A stretch of 10,123 nucleotides of DNA from Bacteroidota bacterium (GCA_020437385.1 JAGQWL010000392.1:1-10123); one strand, 5' to 3'; numbered from the stretch's first letter, positions 1 through 7,527 are shown. Notes: generated by a model from the letters alone, not told the origin. Numbers and translations: made by a program.

Positions 1-584
1 ATCGCGATGTCAACCGCGTAGCGCACACCAATCGTACTAACCATAGTACGTTGAACAATCCCGGTTTCGGTGCTGAGACATGCCTCGAACGTTCCGTAGC
101 CGAGCGATGCCATGTAAAACGCGCCCTTCTGGCCGCGCGAGCCCTTTCGTGCCCCGATGATGCATCCCACAACTTCCGGGATGACGTCGACCTTCGCGAT
201 CTGGATCGTCCGCGTTTGAACGCTGCGCCCGCCGTACGGCGATGTGTCGTAGCTGATCTTCTGCGTCTTGCCGACCAGTTCCGCTACACTTTCACGGTTG
301 ATCTGGAATGTCGAATACGGGAAACCAACCGTGAGCGTCACCGGCTGATCGACAACCGTCGAGGCCAGCAGGAGGCCCGTCCGCAGCAGGAGCTGGTAGT
401 CCAGATCTTCGGGAGACGAGTTGATCGCCTTGTGAGGAGAATTGCCCTCACTGAGCGCCAGATGTCCGACGATGTAGCCCGTTCCGTTGTCAAAAATCTT
501 AACGCCGTGAACGAGATCGGGGGCGACGTTGCTGAGCTCGCTGTTGTGGCTTTCTACGACACTGGGGAAAATGAACTGTTTCAT
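1..584 (-). CDS. Actin-fold ATPase, ParM/StbA/actin-like. Partial: N-terminal ~195 aa, with the C-terminus beyond the left edge of the window.
   Basis: Reverse-strand ORF starting at ATG 584-582 translates as MKQFIFPSVVESHNSELSNVAPDLVHGVKIFDNGTGYIVGHLALSEGNSPHKAINSSPEDLDYQLLLRTGLLLAS... It is absent from the ORF track because it has no stop within the window. 'KIFDNGTGYIVG' resembles the actin/ParM phosphate-1 motif (actin 'LVVDNGSGMCKAG'; ParM 'IDDGSTNIK'). A later 'ASLGYGTFEACL' resembles the phosphate-2 motif (h-D/S-x-G-x-G-T-x-D/E). The composition is protein-like. The plus-strand ORF 51..611 in the track is its Arg-rich shadow. Confidence 0.6.
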   Translation of the reverse strand, partial: MKQFIFPSVVESHNSELSNVAPDLVHGVKIFDNGTGYIVGHLALSEGNSPHKAINSSPEDLDYQLLLRTGLLLASTVVDQPVTLTVGFPYSTFQINRESVAELVGKTQKISYDTSPYGGRSVQTRTIQIAKVDVIPEVVGCIIGARKGSRGQKGAFYMASLGYGTFEACLSTETGIVQRTMVSTIGVRYAVDIA

Positions 585-794
585 CAGGTAGGTTACCTTC
601 TTGGACTCTGAGCGATCTTGGTGGTGCGTCCGCGGAATCCCCTCGGCAGGGCGGCCGAGCGACTCGTACAGAGGCAAAAATATAGTAGAAATATCGCCGA
701 TTCGGAACGGGTGTGCCGCCCACAAACGGGCTGCAGCCGCGTTTTGCGCGAATTAGCTGCTGTTCAGGCTTTGGGCAACCTTCGCGCCGAATTC

Positions 795-2141
795 CTACTG
801 CCGCGGAATCAGCAGCAATTCCATCTGACGACCGTCAATGTAGCGAACCTGCCGACCGTCAAAGAAGGCATCCTCCTCCAACATGATGCGCACCTTCTTT
901 CCGCGCCATTCGGGCACCGGAACTGCCGCGTTCAGCTCGATGGAGTAGGCAGTATTCGGGAAAAGCGGATAGTCGCCCGCCCCCGGCACCCCTCCCTGCT
1001 GATCCCATAGACCGATCGTCGGCCCGGCCGCATGTCCATGAAAACCAATCGGATGCGTGTAGATCGTCGCATCAATTCGTTCGGCGCGAGCCTTGTTGAG
1101 TGCCGCCTCCAGAATCTGATTGCCCGTTCGCCCGGTCGTGAACTCTCCCGTCAGGATGTCCTGGAGTCGGTTGCCAACCCGCAGTGCCGCAATCAGACCG
1201 GCCGGCGCAGATACTTCCCCAGGTCGCAGCACATACGCATGCTGCTGTGTATCGGTGTTGAGCCGCAGGTACGTGATCCCGAAGTCCACATGCAGCAGAT
1301 CACCGGGCATGACTACGGCCGATTCTTCGGCTGACGAGAAGTCGCCATCGCGGGCACCGGCATCCGCACGCTGAAGGGATACGGTTGGATGAAACCACGT
1401 GTCGAGCCCCAGCGAGCGGATCCGGTCGCGGTACCACCACTCCACATCATCCGTCGTCGTTACACCGGGTTGGATCACCGCATCGGACAAACCCTCGGCA
1501 ATAATCTGATGGGCAATCCGACAGATCTGGGAATAAACCGCCATCTCGGAGTCCGTGCGCGTTTCGAGCCACCCGATGGCCAGCGCCTCGCCGGAAACAA
1601 CCCGGTCCTTCAAGCCTTCCGGAAGTTCGCGAACCAGCGCCTCATAATCCGTGTGCGTGACGCCATCCGCCAGACCAAACGTCGACGAGGTGTTCACGGC
1701 AATCGTTCGCGGATCGTATTCGCCAATGATCTCAACAGCCCGCTTCCATTGATCCGGCTCCTCCTCCGGATTCCAACTCGATGGAAAGGCATCGCCGACC
1801 GCGTAGCGGGACACGGCGGCGCGATCGATCGATCCATTCGGCGTCCTGCGGAAAACGAGTATCGTCCGCCGACGAGCCGCCATCCACTTGGCCGGAAGCA
1901 TCGTCTTGATCACGGGATCCTCATTGTACTCCCTGGACATGACAACCCAGACATCGACATCCTCCCGATTCATCAGCATCGGAACAACCGTCTCAAAGCG
2001 CTCCGCCAGCCATCGATCCACGACCTGCGCCCGACTCCGCTCGCCGAGTACGACCGGCATCTCCTGCGCGGAGCTTTGCCTACCAGTTGTTGCCGCGGCC
2101 ATCGCGACAACCAGCCAAACCACACTACGTCGCAGTGTCAT
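795..2141 (-). CDS. M24-family metallopeptidase (Xaa-Pro aminopeptidase/creatinase-like fold) with an N-terminal signal peptide.
   Basis: The ORF track lists 449 aa from a GTG at 2144; the ATG is at 2141. The N-terminus 'MTLRRSVVWLVVAMAAATTG' is signal-like and possibly Tat-type (RR). M24 hallmarks are present: 'HVDFGITY', 'HPIGFHGHAAGPTIG' (the H-x-x-G-H-x-x-G block), and 'SIELNAAVPV...KVRIMLEEDAFF' (the Glu metal ligands). The N-terminal region is about 200 aa, consistent with a creatinase_N-type domain. Stop TAG at 797-795. Confidence 0.85.
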   Translation of the reverse strand: MTLRRSVVWLVVAMAAATTGRQSSAQEMPVVLGERSRAQVVDRWLAERFETVVPMLMNREDVDVWVVMSREYNEDPVIKTMLPAKWMAARRRTILVFRRTPNGSIDRAAVSRYAVGDAFPSSWNPEEEPDQWKRAVEIIGEYDPRTIAVNTSSTFGLADGVTHTDYEALVRELPEGLKDRVVSGEALAIGWLETRTDSEMAVYSQICRIAHQIIAEGLSDAVIQPGVTTTDDVEWWYRDRIRSLGLDTWFHPTVSLQRADAGARDGDFSSAEESAVVMPGDLLHVDFGITYLRLNTDTQQHAYVLRPGEVSAPAGLIAALRVGNRLQDILTGEFTTGRTGNQILEAALNKARAERIDATIYTHPIGFHGHAAGPTIGLWDQQGGVPGAGDYPLFPNTAYSIELNAAVPVPEWRGKKVRIMLEEDAFFDGRQVRYIDGRQMELLLIPRQ

Positions 2142-2515
2142 CACTGAATTACAATTTCGTCGGGAAGATCGTTGCGCTGCGGCTGCGGATTCAGAAGCGG
2201 ACCCGTCAGCGGAAGTTCGAAAGCCGTCAGAAACGGCGCCATCGTCGAGAAGAAGAGCTCCTGTTGGAACTCCACGAAGTCCTCATCAAAACCGGACTGA
2301 CCACCCTGATGCCCGATGATGTCCAGGTACAACATCCGCGGCCAACCAGGAAACCGCGCCTCCGCTTCCTTGATCAATCCGAACGTATCACTGACGGCCT
2401 TCTGGAAGCTATCCGACTCGGACACCACGTGATACACTGACACGGTGTTGTCGAAGTTCATCGAGATCCCGGGTGTCGACGGCTTGTTGTATTCGGGTAC
2501 GAATTCGGGCTCCAT
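2141..2515 (-). CDS. Small hypothetical protein (~124 aa) whose stop overlaps the M24 peptidase start. The start codon is uncertain: 2515, 2461 or 2602.
   Basis: The ORF track gives 153 aa from 2602, which would overlap the uvrA stop (2592) by 11 nt. I prefer ATG 2515 (MEPEFVPEYNKPSTPGISMNFDNTVSVYHVVSESDSFQKAVSDTFGLIKEAEARFPGWPRMLYLDIIGHQGGQSGFDEDFVEFQQELFFSTMAPFLTAFELPLTGPLLNPQPQRNDLPDEIVIQ). The composition is balanced and protein-like. There is no signal peptide and no family I can recognise confidently. The stop TGA (2143-2141) overlaps the peptidase ATG (2141-2139) as 'TGATG', which suggests translational coupling. Confidence 0.5.
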   Translation of the reverse strand: MEPEFVPEYNKPSTPGISMNFDNTVSVYHVVSESDSFQKAVSDTFGLIKEAEARFPGWPRMLYLDIIGHQGGQSGFDEDFVEFQQELFFSTMAPFLTAFELPLTGPLLNPQPQRNDLPDEIVIQ

Positions 2516-2591
2516 ACACAGTCGGGCGTATCGGTCAGAGTTGTTGATTGGGCTCGCCGGCCGATAAGATACAAACCGGCAACGGCACAGA

Positions 2592-5500
2592 TCAGTCGTC
2601 AACTGCCTCCTCTACGAGATCGTCGCGCCGAGCCTTCCGCCCGGAGCCCGTTCCGCCGTTCGCGGCGCCACTGCCTGCTCCACTGCCGGCTCCATTGCCG
2701 TCTTTGTCCTCGTCGTCGCCACCGTCGTCGACGTCCTCCTCATCATCCGAGCCGTCGTCCGCGTCTGAAAGCAGCGAGTCAAGGTCGATGTGCTGATCCT
2801 CGTCGGTCTCCGACGTCGACCGTTCAAGCTCCTGCTTCAGGAACACGCCGGTATGTGACTTCCTGCGTGCGATCTGCTCCGGCGTGCCCGTCGCAATAAT
2901 CTGTCCGCCTGCACCACCACCGTCCGGCCCGAGGTCGATAACGTGGTCCGCAACCTTCACCACGTCAAGGTTGTGCTCGATGACCAGAACGGTGTTGCCT
3001 TTGTCGACAAGCGCCTGAAGCACGAGCATGAGCTGACGGACGTCCTCAAAGTGCAGTCCCGTCGTGGGCTCGTCCAGTATATAGAGTGTCCGACCCGTTC
3101 CAGGTCGCGAAAGCTCCTTTGCCAGCTTCACGCGCTGCGCCTCTCCACCAGAGAGCGTCGTGGCCTGCTGACCAAGCCGGATGTAGCCGAGACCGACCGT
3201 CTTCAGCGTCCGCAGTTTGCGTTCGATGCGCGGTACGTTTTGGAAGAACTCCAATGCCTCGGAGACGGTCATCTCCAGTACATCCGAAATTGACTTGCCA
3301 CCGTACTTGACCTCGAGCGTCTCGGCATTGTAGCGCTTGCCCTGGCAGGTCTCACAGTTCACGTATACATCGGGCAGGAAGTTCATCTCCAGCTTGACGA
3401 CACCGGCGCCTCCACACGACTCACAACGACCACCCTTCACATTAAACGAGAACCGTCCCGGTTGATACCCGCGGATCTGCGATTCCGGAAGCATCGCGAA
3501 CACGTCACGGATGTGACCGAATAGACCCGTGTAGGTCGCCGGATTCGAGCGGGGCGTCCGCCCGATCGGCTTCTGGTCGATGTCGATGACCTTGTCAATT
3601 TCGTCGAGCCCTTCCAGATGATCATACGGCAGACTCTGCTGGCGCGAATTATGGAGCCTCCGCGAGAGCACCGGAAACAACGTCTGGTTCACGAGACTCG
3701 ACTTGCCGGAGCCGGATACCCCGGTGACGCACGTCAACGTGCCGAGCGGAATCGAAAACGTGTCGCCCTTCAGGTTGTTGCCGACTGCCCCAATGAGGTC
3801 AAGCGTCTTCCCGTTCCCCTTGCGGCGAACCCGCGGCACGTGTACATCGCGCTTGCCCGAAAGGTAATCCGCAGTCAGGCCCGTCGCGCCGCCTCGTTTC
3901 TTGCTGAAACTCGCGGGTGGCGCCGCGGCAATTATATGCCCTCCCTGCTCACCCGCGCCGGGGCCGAGATCGACCACATAATCTGCGCTCTCGATCATCT
4001 CGCGATCGTGCTCAACGACGAGCACCGAGTTTCCGAGATCACGAAGCTGCTCAAGCGAGTCGATAAGCTTCGAGTTGTCCGTCGCATGAAGACCGATGCT
4101 TGGTTCGTCCAGCACGTACAACACGCCGACGAGCTGTGTCCCGATTTGTGTTGCGAGCCGAATCCGCTGACTCTCCCCTCCACTCAACGTGACCGCACTT
4201 CGGTCGAGATTGAGGTAGCCGACTCCCACGTTCAGCATGAAGTCGAGTCGTTCCGAAATCTCCTTAATGATGGGAGCGGCGATGACCGCCTGCCTGCCGT
4301 CCAGCTTGAGCGCATCGAAAAATCCGCGAAGCGAAATCAAATCCATCGACACCAGCTCCGCGATGTTCTTGTCGCCGATGCGATAGGAAAGGCTCTCCGG
4401 CTTCAGACGTCCGCCCTTACACGTCGGACACGCGGAGGTGCGCATATACGATTCCGCCCAGCGCCGGATCGACGATGACGAGGTCTGCGAATACGTGTGC
4501 TCGATGTGCCCGATGACACCTCCGAAGCGATGCTGGTAAACGACCTCCCGCTTCTTGTACTTGTAGACGATCTCGAACTGCTCGTCGCCGGCACCATGCA
4601 GGATGATTGTCTTCTGCTTGTCCGTAAGTTTGCTCCACGGACGGTCGAAGCTGAACTTGTAGGCCTTCGCGACGGCCTCGAGCTGACTGAAGATCCAGAT
4701 GTCGCGCGGCTTCCCGAGAGCGGCGATGGCACCTTCGGCAATCGACAGGGTCTCGTCCGGCACGACCAGTTCGGCCGACACCTCCTTCCGTGCACCGAGT
4801 CCGTGACAATCCGGGCACGACCCGTACGGCGAGTTGAACGAGAACGTGTTCGGCGACGGATCGTCATAAGAGATGCCGTCTTCGGGTGAGTAGAGGTTCC
4901 GCGAGAACACGCGGTCGTGCTCCTCCACTCCGCCGGCTCCGAGCACTGCGGCGATCAGCGTGCCGCTGCCGAGTTCGAGTGCGGTTTCGACGGACCTGTT
5001 CAGGCGCGTTCCCATGTCGTCGCCAACAACAATTCGGTCGACAACAATCTCGATGTCGTGCGTCTTGTAGCGATCGACCTTCAGACCCTTCTTCAGTTCG
5101 AGCACTTCGCCGTCGACGCGTACCCGTTCGAAGCCCTGCCGGCCGATCTGCTCAAAGAGCTCCCGGTAGTGGCCCTTTCGCCCGCGGACAACAGGAGCAA
5201 GGATCAGCACGCGCGTCCCGCTGCCGATGCCCAGGATGCCGGCGACGATCTCATCATCGGACTGCTTTCGCATCGGAGCGCCGGAAATGTAGGAGTATGC
5301 ATCGCCGGCGCGTGCAAAGAGGAGGCGAAGGAAGTCGTAGATCTCGGTGACGGTGCCGACTGTTGAGCGGGGGTTTCGGCTGACCGTTTTCTGTTCGATC
5401 GCGATGACAGGCGAAAGGCCGTCGATGTGATCAACGTCGGGGCGCTGCATCATCCCAAGGAACTGCCGGGCATAGGCGCTCAGGCTTTCCATGTAGCGCC

Positions 5501-5654
5501 GCTGGCCTTCGGCGTAGATCGTGTCGAAGGCGAGGCTGGACTTTCCTGAGCCGGAAAGACCCGTGATTACGACGAGTTCGTTCCGCGGAATATCGAGATC
5601 GATATTCTTCAGGTTGTGCTCGCGGGCACCGCGGATCGTGATGCTTTCGTCCAT
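2592..5654 (-). CDS. uvrA: Excinuclease ABC subunit A (UvrA), 1020 aa, with a ~77-aa acidic Gly/Ser-rich C-terminal extension.
   Basis: The N-terminus '[54 protein letters not shown]' is the canonical UvrA start with Walker A. The second Walker A is '[17 protein letters not shown]'. The ABC signature 'LSGGE(S/A)QR' occurs twice. Zn-finger Cys clusters are present ('CPDCHGLG', 'CPTCKGGR', 'CESCGG...CETCQGKRY'). The canonical UvrA end is near '...[12 protein letters not shown]'. The remaining ~77 aa are a low-complexity tail: '[77 protein letters not shown]'. Confidence 0.95.
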   Translation of the reverse strand: MDESITIRGAREHNLKNIDLDIPRNELVVITGLSGSGKSSLAFDTIYAEGQRRYMESLSAYARQFLGMMQRPDVDHIDGLSPVIAIEQKTVSRNPRSTVGTVTEIYDFLRLLFARAGDAYSYISGAPMRKQSDDEIVAGILGIGSGTRVLILAPVVRGRKGHYRELFEQIGRQGFERVRVDGEVLELKKGLKVDRYKTHDIEIVVDRIVVGDDMGTRLNRSVETALELGSGTLIAAVLGAGGVEEHDRVFSRNLYSPEDGISYDDPSPNTFSFNSPYGSCPDCHGLGARKEVSAELVVPDETLSIAEGAIAALGKPRDIWIFSQLEAVAKAYKFSFDRPWSKLTDKQKTIILHGAGDEQFEIVYKYKKREVVYQHRFGGVIGHIEHTYSQTSSSSIRRWAESYMRTSACPTCKGGRLKPESLSYRIGDKNIAELVSMDLISLRGFFDALKLDGRQAVIAAPIIKEISERLDFMLNVGVGYLNLDRSAVTLSGGESQRIRLATQIGTQLVGVLYVLDEPSIGLHATDNSKLIDSLEQLRDLGNSVLVVEHDREMIESADYVVDLGPGAGEQGGHIIAAAPPASFSKKRGGATGLTADYLSGKRDVHVPRVRRKGNGKTLDLIGAVGNNLKGDTFSIPLGTLTCVTGVSGSGKSSLVNQTLFPVLSRRLHNSRQQSLPYDHLEGLDEIDKVIDIDQKPIGRTPRSNPATYTGLFGHIRDVFAMLPESQIRGYQPGRFSFNVKGGRCESCGGAGVVKLEMNFLPDVYVNCETCQGKRYNAETLEVKYGGKSISDVLEMTVSEALEFFQNVPRIERKLRTLKTVGLGYIRLGQQATTLSGGEAQRVKLAKELSRPGTGRTLYILDEPTTGLHFEDVRQLMLVLQALVDKGNTVLVIEHNLDVVKVADHVIDLGPDGGGAGGQIIATGTPEQIARRKSHTGVFLKQELERSTSETDEDQHIDLDSLLSDADDGSDDEEDVDDGGDDEDKDGNGAGSGAGSGAANGGTGSGRKARRDDLVEEAVDD

Positions 5655-5738
5655 TATCTGGCGTTCTGGTAATCAGTGGCCTACCGCGTGGGGGCGTATT
5701 CGTTCCGGCAGCCGCGAGGTTATCATCCCGAGATGGCA

Positions 5739-6032
5739 GGTGGAAACGTTGATCGATGAGGCCGAGACAGGAGACGAGGAGCCTGGGAGTCTAGGAATCT
5801 AGGAATCTGTGACTGGACCCTGGCGGCTTCTCGAGGAAATCGACAATCCCACGTTTCGTCGTATCCACCTATCCATGTTGCTCTGCTTCGAAGGGCGGCT
5901 CGGGATGAACGATTCGTTGAACGAGGACGGGGCCACCCCCACTGAAAAACTGGTCACTGTTCACTGTTCACTGCTCACTTCGCGAGCGAAGGGAGCGTCC
6001 TTCATTCCCTCATTCCCTCATTCCATCCCTCC
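5739..6032. repeat. Copy A of a modular non-coding repeat element. In order it contains a leader 'GTGGaAACGTTGATCGATGA', a GGAAT-type 8-mer tandem array, a TCACTG 7-mer tandem array, a 24-bp palindrome, and a TCATTCCC 8-mer array that enters the CDS end.
   Basis: The leader at 5739-5759 includes 'aacgttgatcgatga' (5745-5759), which is also at 9947-9961. The array 'gggagtctaggaatctaggaatctgtgactgg' (5785-5816) matches 'ggaagtcaaggaatcctggaatcggtgactgg' (9967-9998). The 7-mer array 'tggtcactgttcactgttcactgctcac' is at 5951-5978. The palindrome is at 5973-5996. The array 'ttcattccctcattccctcattccatccctcc' is at 6001-6032. The element lies between the end of the isochorismatase-like gene and the uvrA start, so it is the uvrA upstream region. 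Confidence 0.75.
5973..5996. repeat. 24-bp imperfect palindrome 'GCTCaCTTCGCgaGCGAAGgGAGC' (REP-like), copy 1.
   Basis: The arms GCTC/GAGC and CTTCGC/GCGAAG are exact reverse complements. There is a 2-nt centre and a single a/g asymmetry. Together with 6 preceding nt it is repeated at 10095-10122 with one substitution (g->c at the asymmetric position). Confidence 0.7.
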
Positions 6033-6583
6033 ACCGGCACCACGCTCACCACATATCCGTCCATCTCCTCGAGCGAAACAAGGTGGCTCTCTGAAGTGAA
6101 ACCTGCGACGCAATCCGCAACAACCCGGACGTCGTAGCCGAGTTGATACGCATCCGTCGCCGTCGAGCGGATGCACCACGCAGTCGTAATTCCGGCGAGC
6201 ACAACGGTCTTTATGCCGAACTCGCGCAGCATCCGATCAAGATCCGTTTCGAAAAAGGCAGAGAACCGCTTCTTGAACACCTCGTGATCGTCCGGTGTTA
6301 TCTCGAGTTCGGGGATGAGCTCGCAGCCGGGGGTGCCGCGGATCGTGTACTTTCTACCTTCTCGGCGCATGTGGGGAAACGCATCCGACAGGTCTTCCTT
6401 GAATTCCTGCCGGATCCAGATCACCGGCGCGCCAGTCGATCGGGCATCACGCGTGAGTCGGTTGATTGAGGCCGCTAGACGCTCACGAGCGGAAGGAAGC
6501 TCGCTCTTCGGCCAGAGAGATGGATCGAAATAGTCGACAAGCATGTCGACTATCACAACGGCGGTAGTTGAGTCTGGCGGCAT
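6002..6583 (-). CDS. Isochorismatase-family cysteine hydrolase (YcaC/PncA-like fold), 193 aa.
   Basis: Family hallmarks are present: the N-terminal 'AVVIVDMLVDYF' (catalytic Asp), 'FKKRFSAFFETDL' (catalytic Lys region), and 'VVLAGITTAWCIRSTATDAYQLGYDVRVVADCVAG' (the nucleophile Cys in the G-x-C-x-x-T context). There is no PncA-type D-x-H...H metal site, so it is probably not a nicotinamidase. The last 8 codons and the stop (W N E G M R E *) are encoded by the tandem 8-mer repeat 'gggaatga' (minus-sense). Confidence 0.9.
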   Translation of the reverse strand: MPPDSTTAVVIVDMLVDYFDPSLWPKSELPSARERLAASINRLTRDARSTGAPVIWIRQEFKEDLSDAFPHMRREGRKYTIRGTPGCELIPELEITPDDHEVFKKRFSAFFETDLDRMLREFGIKTVVLAGITTAWCIRSTATDAYQLGYDVRVVADCVAGFTSESHLVSLEEMDGYVVSVVPVEGWNEGMRE

Positions 6584-6642
6584 CAGACCTTCAGTGTTCG
6601 TAGTCGTGACTCAAGATAAGGCTAGCGAACGCGCGAGGCTGG

Positions 6643-7437
6643 TTAGCCCGCTTTCGCGAGTACGTCTTTATTCGGTTCATTCTCCGCGCTTGGAGTTTGT
6701 CCGTCTACCTTCCTGACAGTCAGTACTGCGCGGCCCAGACGGACGCTCTCGAAGTCATCCGTCGCCGTCCGCGTGCGGAAGTCCGGCGGAAGGGTCGGCC
6801 GCCGACCGATACGGCCAAATTTATCGGCCGGCAGCCACTGACCCGGTATCCGATCCAGGTATCTGCCGATTCCCCACTGTAGTGCGGCACGGCGGAGTCC
6901 GCTGCCCATCGCCCGTCGTGCCCGGCGGCGTGGACGGCCCTTGCCCGGCGAGGCGTCGGTGTACGGGAGGATCTCGTGCGTGTCCCACTTCGTCACCCAT
7001 TCACCGTCGACCCGAATCGAGAGTCCGCAGATCACGCCACCGTTTGGTCCTTTGCCGAAGGTATTCTGCCAGTTCGCGGGGCCGCAGATGTCGTCGAGAC
7101 GGTCCATGATGGCGGCGTCCCGCACGTGTGGGACGACCATGACACGCGCGCGGTCTGCTGTGTAGGACGCCGGACGCCAGATGATCTCGCTTTCAGGAAA
7201 GAAGCCACGAAGTTCGCTCAGATCGCGGCTTCGCGAGCCGGATCCGAAGTCGTGTACAATCACGTTTGACGGCCGCGTCGTGATCATCGGGGCAACCCAC
7301 GGCCTACGCGCGCGACTGGTTCGTTTACGGGGTGAACCTGCCTTCGGGGTTGATCCGGCATTGACGGCGGATTCTGATTTTCGGCGGGCGGTTGCCTGGC
7401 GGGACTCGCGATCTGCGGTTGGCGCTACGTTCGACAT
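6643..7437 (-). CDS. Rad52/Rad22-family single-strand annealing protein (bacterial DdrA / phage Sak-like). N-terminal basic low-complexity extension. Start uncertain: ATG 7437 is preferred, with alternatives GTG 7491 and ATG 7287.
   Basis: The core 'LSELRGFFPESEIIWRP...ARVMVVPHVRDAAIMDRLDDICGPANWQNTFGKGPNGGVICGLSIRVDGEWVTKWDTHE...SGLRRAALQWGIGRYLD' follows the Rad52 N-terminal domain pattern. Compare human RAD52 '...VINLANEMFGYNGWAHSI...[22 protein letters not shown]...DGLKRALRSFGNALGN'. Compare also the bacterial/phage family signature 'F..e.I.wr...yi.ar.v.drLd.v.Gp.nWs' followed by 'KRAA.qFGIGRYLY'. The ORF track starts at GTG 7491. An in-frame ATG at 7437 follows an A-rich stretch. Residues ~1-50 from 7437 are Arg/Ser/Thr/Pro-rich. 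Confidence 0.75.
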   Translation of the reverse strand: MSNVAPTADRESRQATARRKSESAVNAGSTPKAGSPRKRTSRARRPWVAPMITTRPSNVIVHDFGSGSRSRDLSELRGFFPESEIIWRPASYTADRARVMVVPHVRDAAIMDRLDDICGPANWQNTFGKGPNGGVICGLSIRVDGEWVTKWDTHEILPYTDASPGKGRPRRRARRAMGSGLRRAALQWGIGRYLDRIPGQWLPADKFGRIGRRPTLPPDFRTRTATDDFESVRLGRAVLTVRKVDGQTPSAENEPNKDVLAKAG

Positions 7438-7507
7438 TTTTTGTATCGGCTTGGTGTTCGTTCGAGGTGGTCCTCTCGACCTCGCAGACACAACCTACCG
7501 CGGGCAT

Positions 7508-7527
7508 ATGACAGCATTGTGTCACAT
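7508..7527. promoter_or_regulatory. Candidate operator 'ATGACAgcattgTGTCACAT' (TGACA-N6-TGTCA inverted repeat). It lies in the divergent intergenic region between the Rad52-like gene and the NfeD-like gene.
   Basis: The 5-bp arms TGACA/TGTCA are at 7509-7513 and 7520-7524 with a 6-bp spacer. A further inverted pair is TGTCACAT (7520-7527) and ATGTGACA (7551-7558). The site is 70-120 nt upstream of the Rad52-like start at 7437. This is inference only. Confidence 0.3.

Noticed and set aside
51-611. Plus-strand 186-aa ORF, plus many other long ORFs antisense to the real genes. These include 618..1010, 1389..2147, 1888..2319, 2943..3293, 3618..4478, 4403..4867, 4417..4818, 4886..5366, 6143..6533, 6882..7269, 7181..7621, 8738..9526 and 8989..9378.
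   Set aside because: They are Arg-, Ser-, Cys- or Pro-rich shadow ORFs of the kind expected on the opposite strand of high-GC genes. The partner strand in each case encodes a recognisable protein family, such as the actin-like ATPase, M24 peptidase, UvrA, isochorismatase, Rad52-like protein or flotillin.
725-752. GGCTGCAGCC palindrome with AAACG/CGTTT flanks downstream of the M24 peptidase stop, considered as an intrinsic terminator.
   Set aside because: The stem is short and imperfect, and on the transcribed (minus) strand it is not followed by a U-run. At best it is a weak terminator, and it may simply be part of the actin-like gene promoter region.
2548-2796. Ser/Pro-rich 82-aa plus-strand ORF (…[38 protein letters not shown]…).
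   Set aside because: It is the antisense reading of the low-complexity DNA encoding the acidic UvrA tail. The UvrA frame is continuous with a strongly supported protein, so this ORF is an artefact.
5677-5685. Shared 9-mer CCTACCGCG upstream of both uvrA (5677-5685) and the Rad52-like gene (7495-7503), considered as a common damage-response box.
   Set aside because: A single 9-mer shared between two ~300-bp regions is expected by chance with probability about 0.3. It is not palindromic. I consider it insufficient evidence.
5809-6099. 96-aa plus-strand ORF (from GTG) spanning repeat copy A and the isochorismatase gene end; also 9759..10067(+) in repeat copy B.
   Set aside because: Both begin at non-ATG starts and are composed largely of translated tandem repeats and palindromes (PPAPRSPHIRPSP…; Cys/Arg-rich). 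They overlap better-supported features. They are not credible genes.
6584-6642. 59-nt gap between the Rad52-like stop and the isochorismatase start, examined for a terminator or promoter.
   Set aside because: There is only a partial CGCGAGG/CTTTCGCG complementarity and no clear hairpin plus U-tract. It is most simply an operon junction. The sequence cannot tell whether an internal promoter exists.
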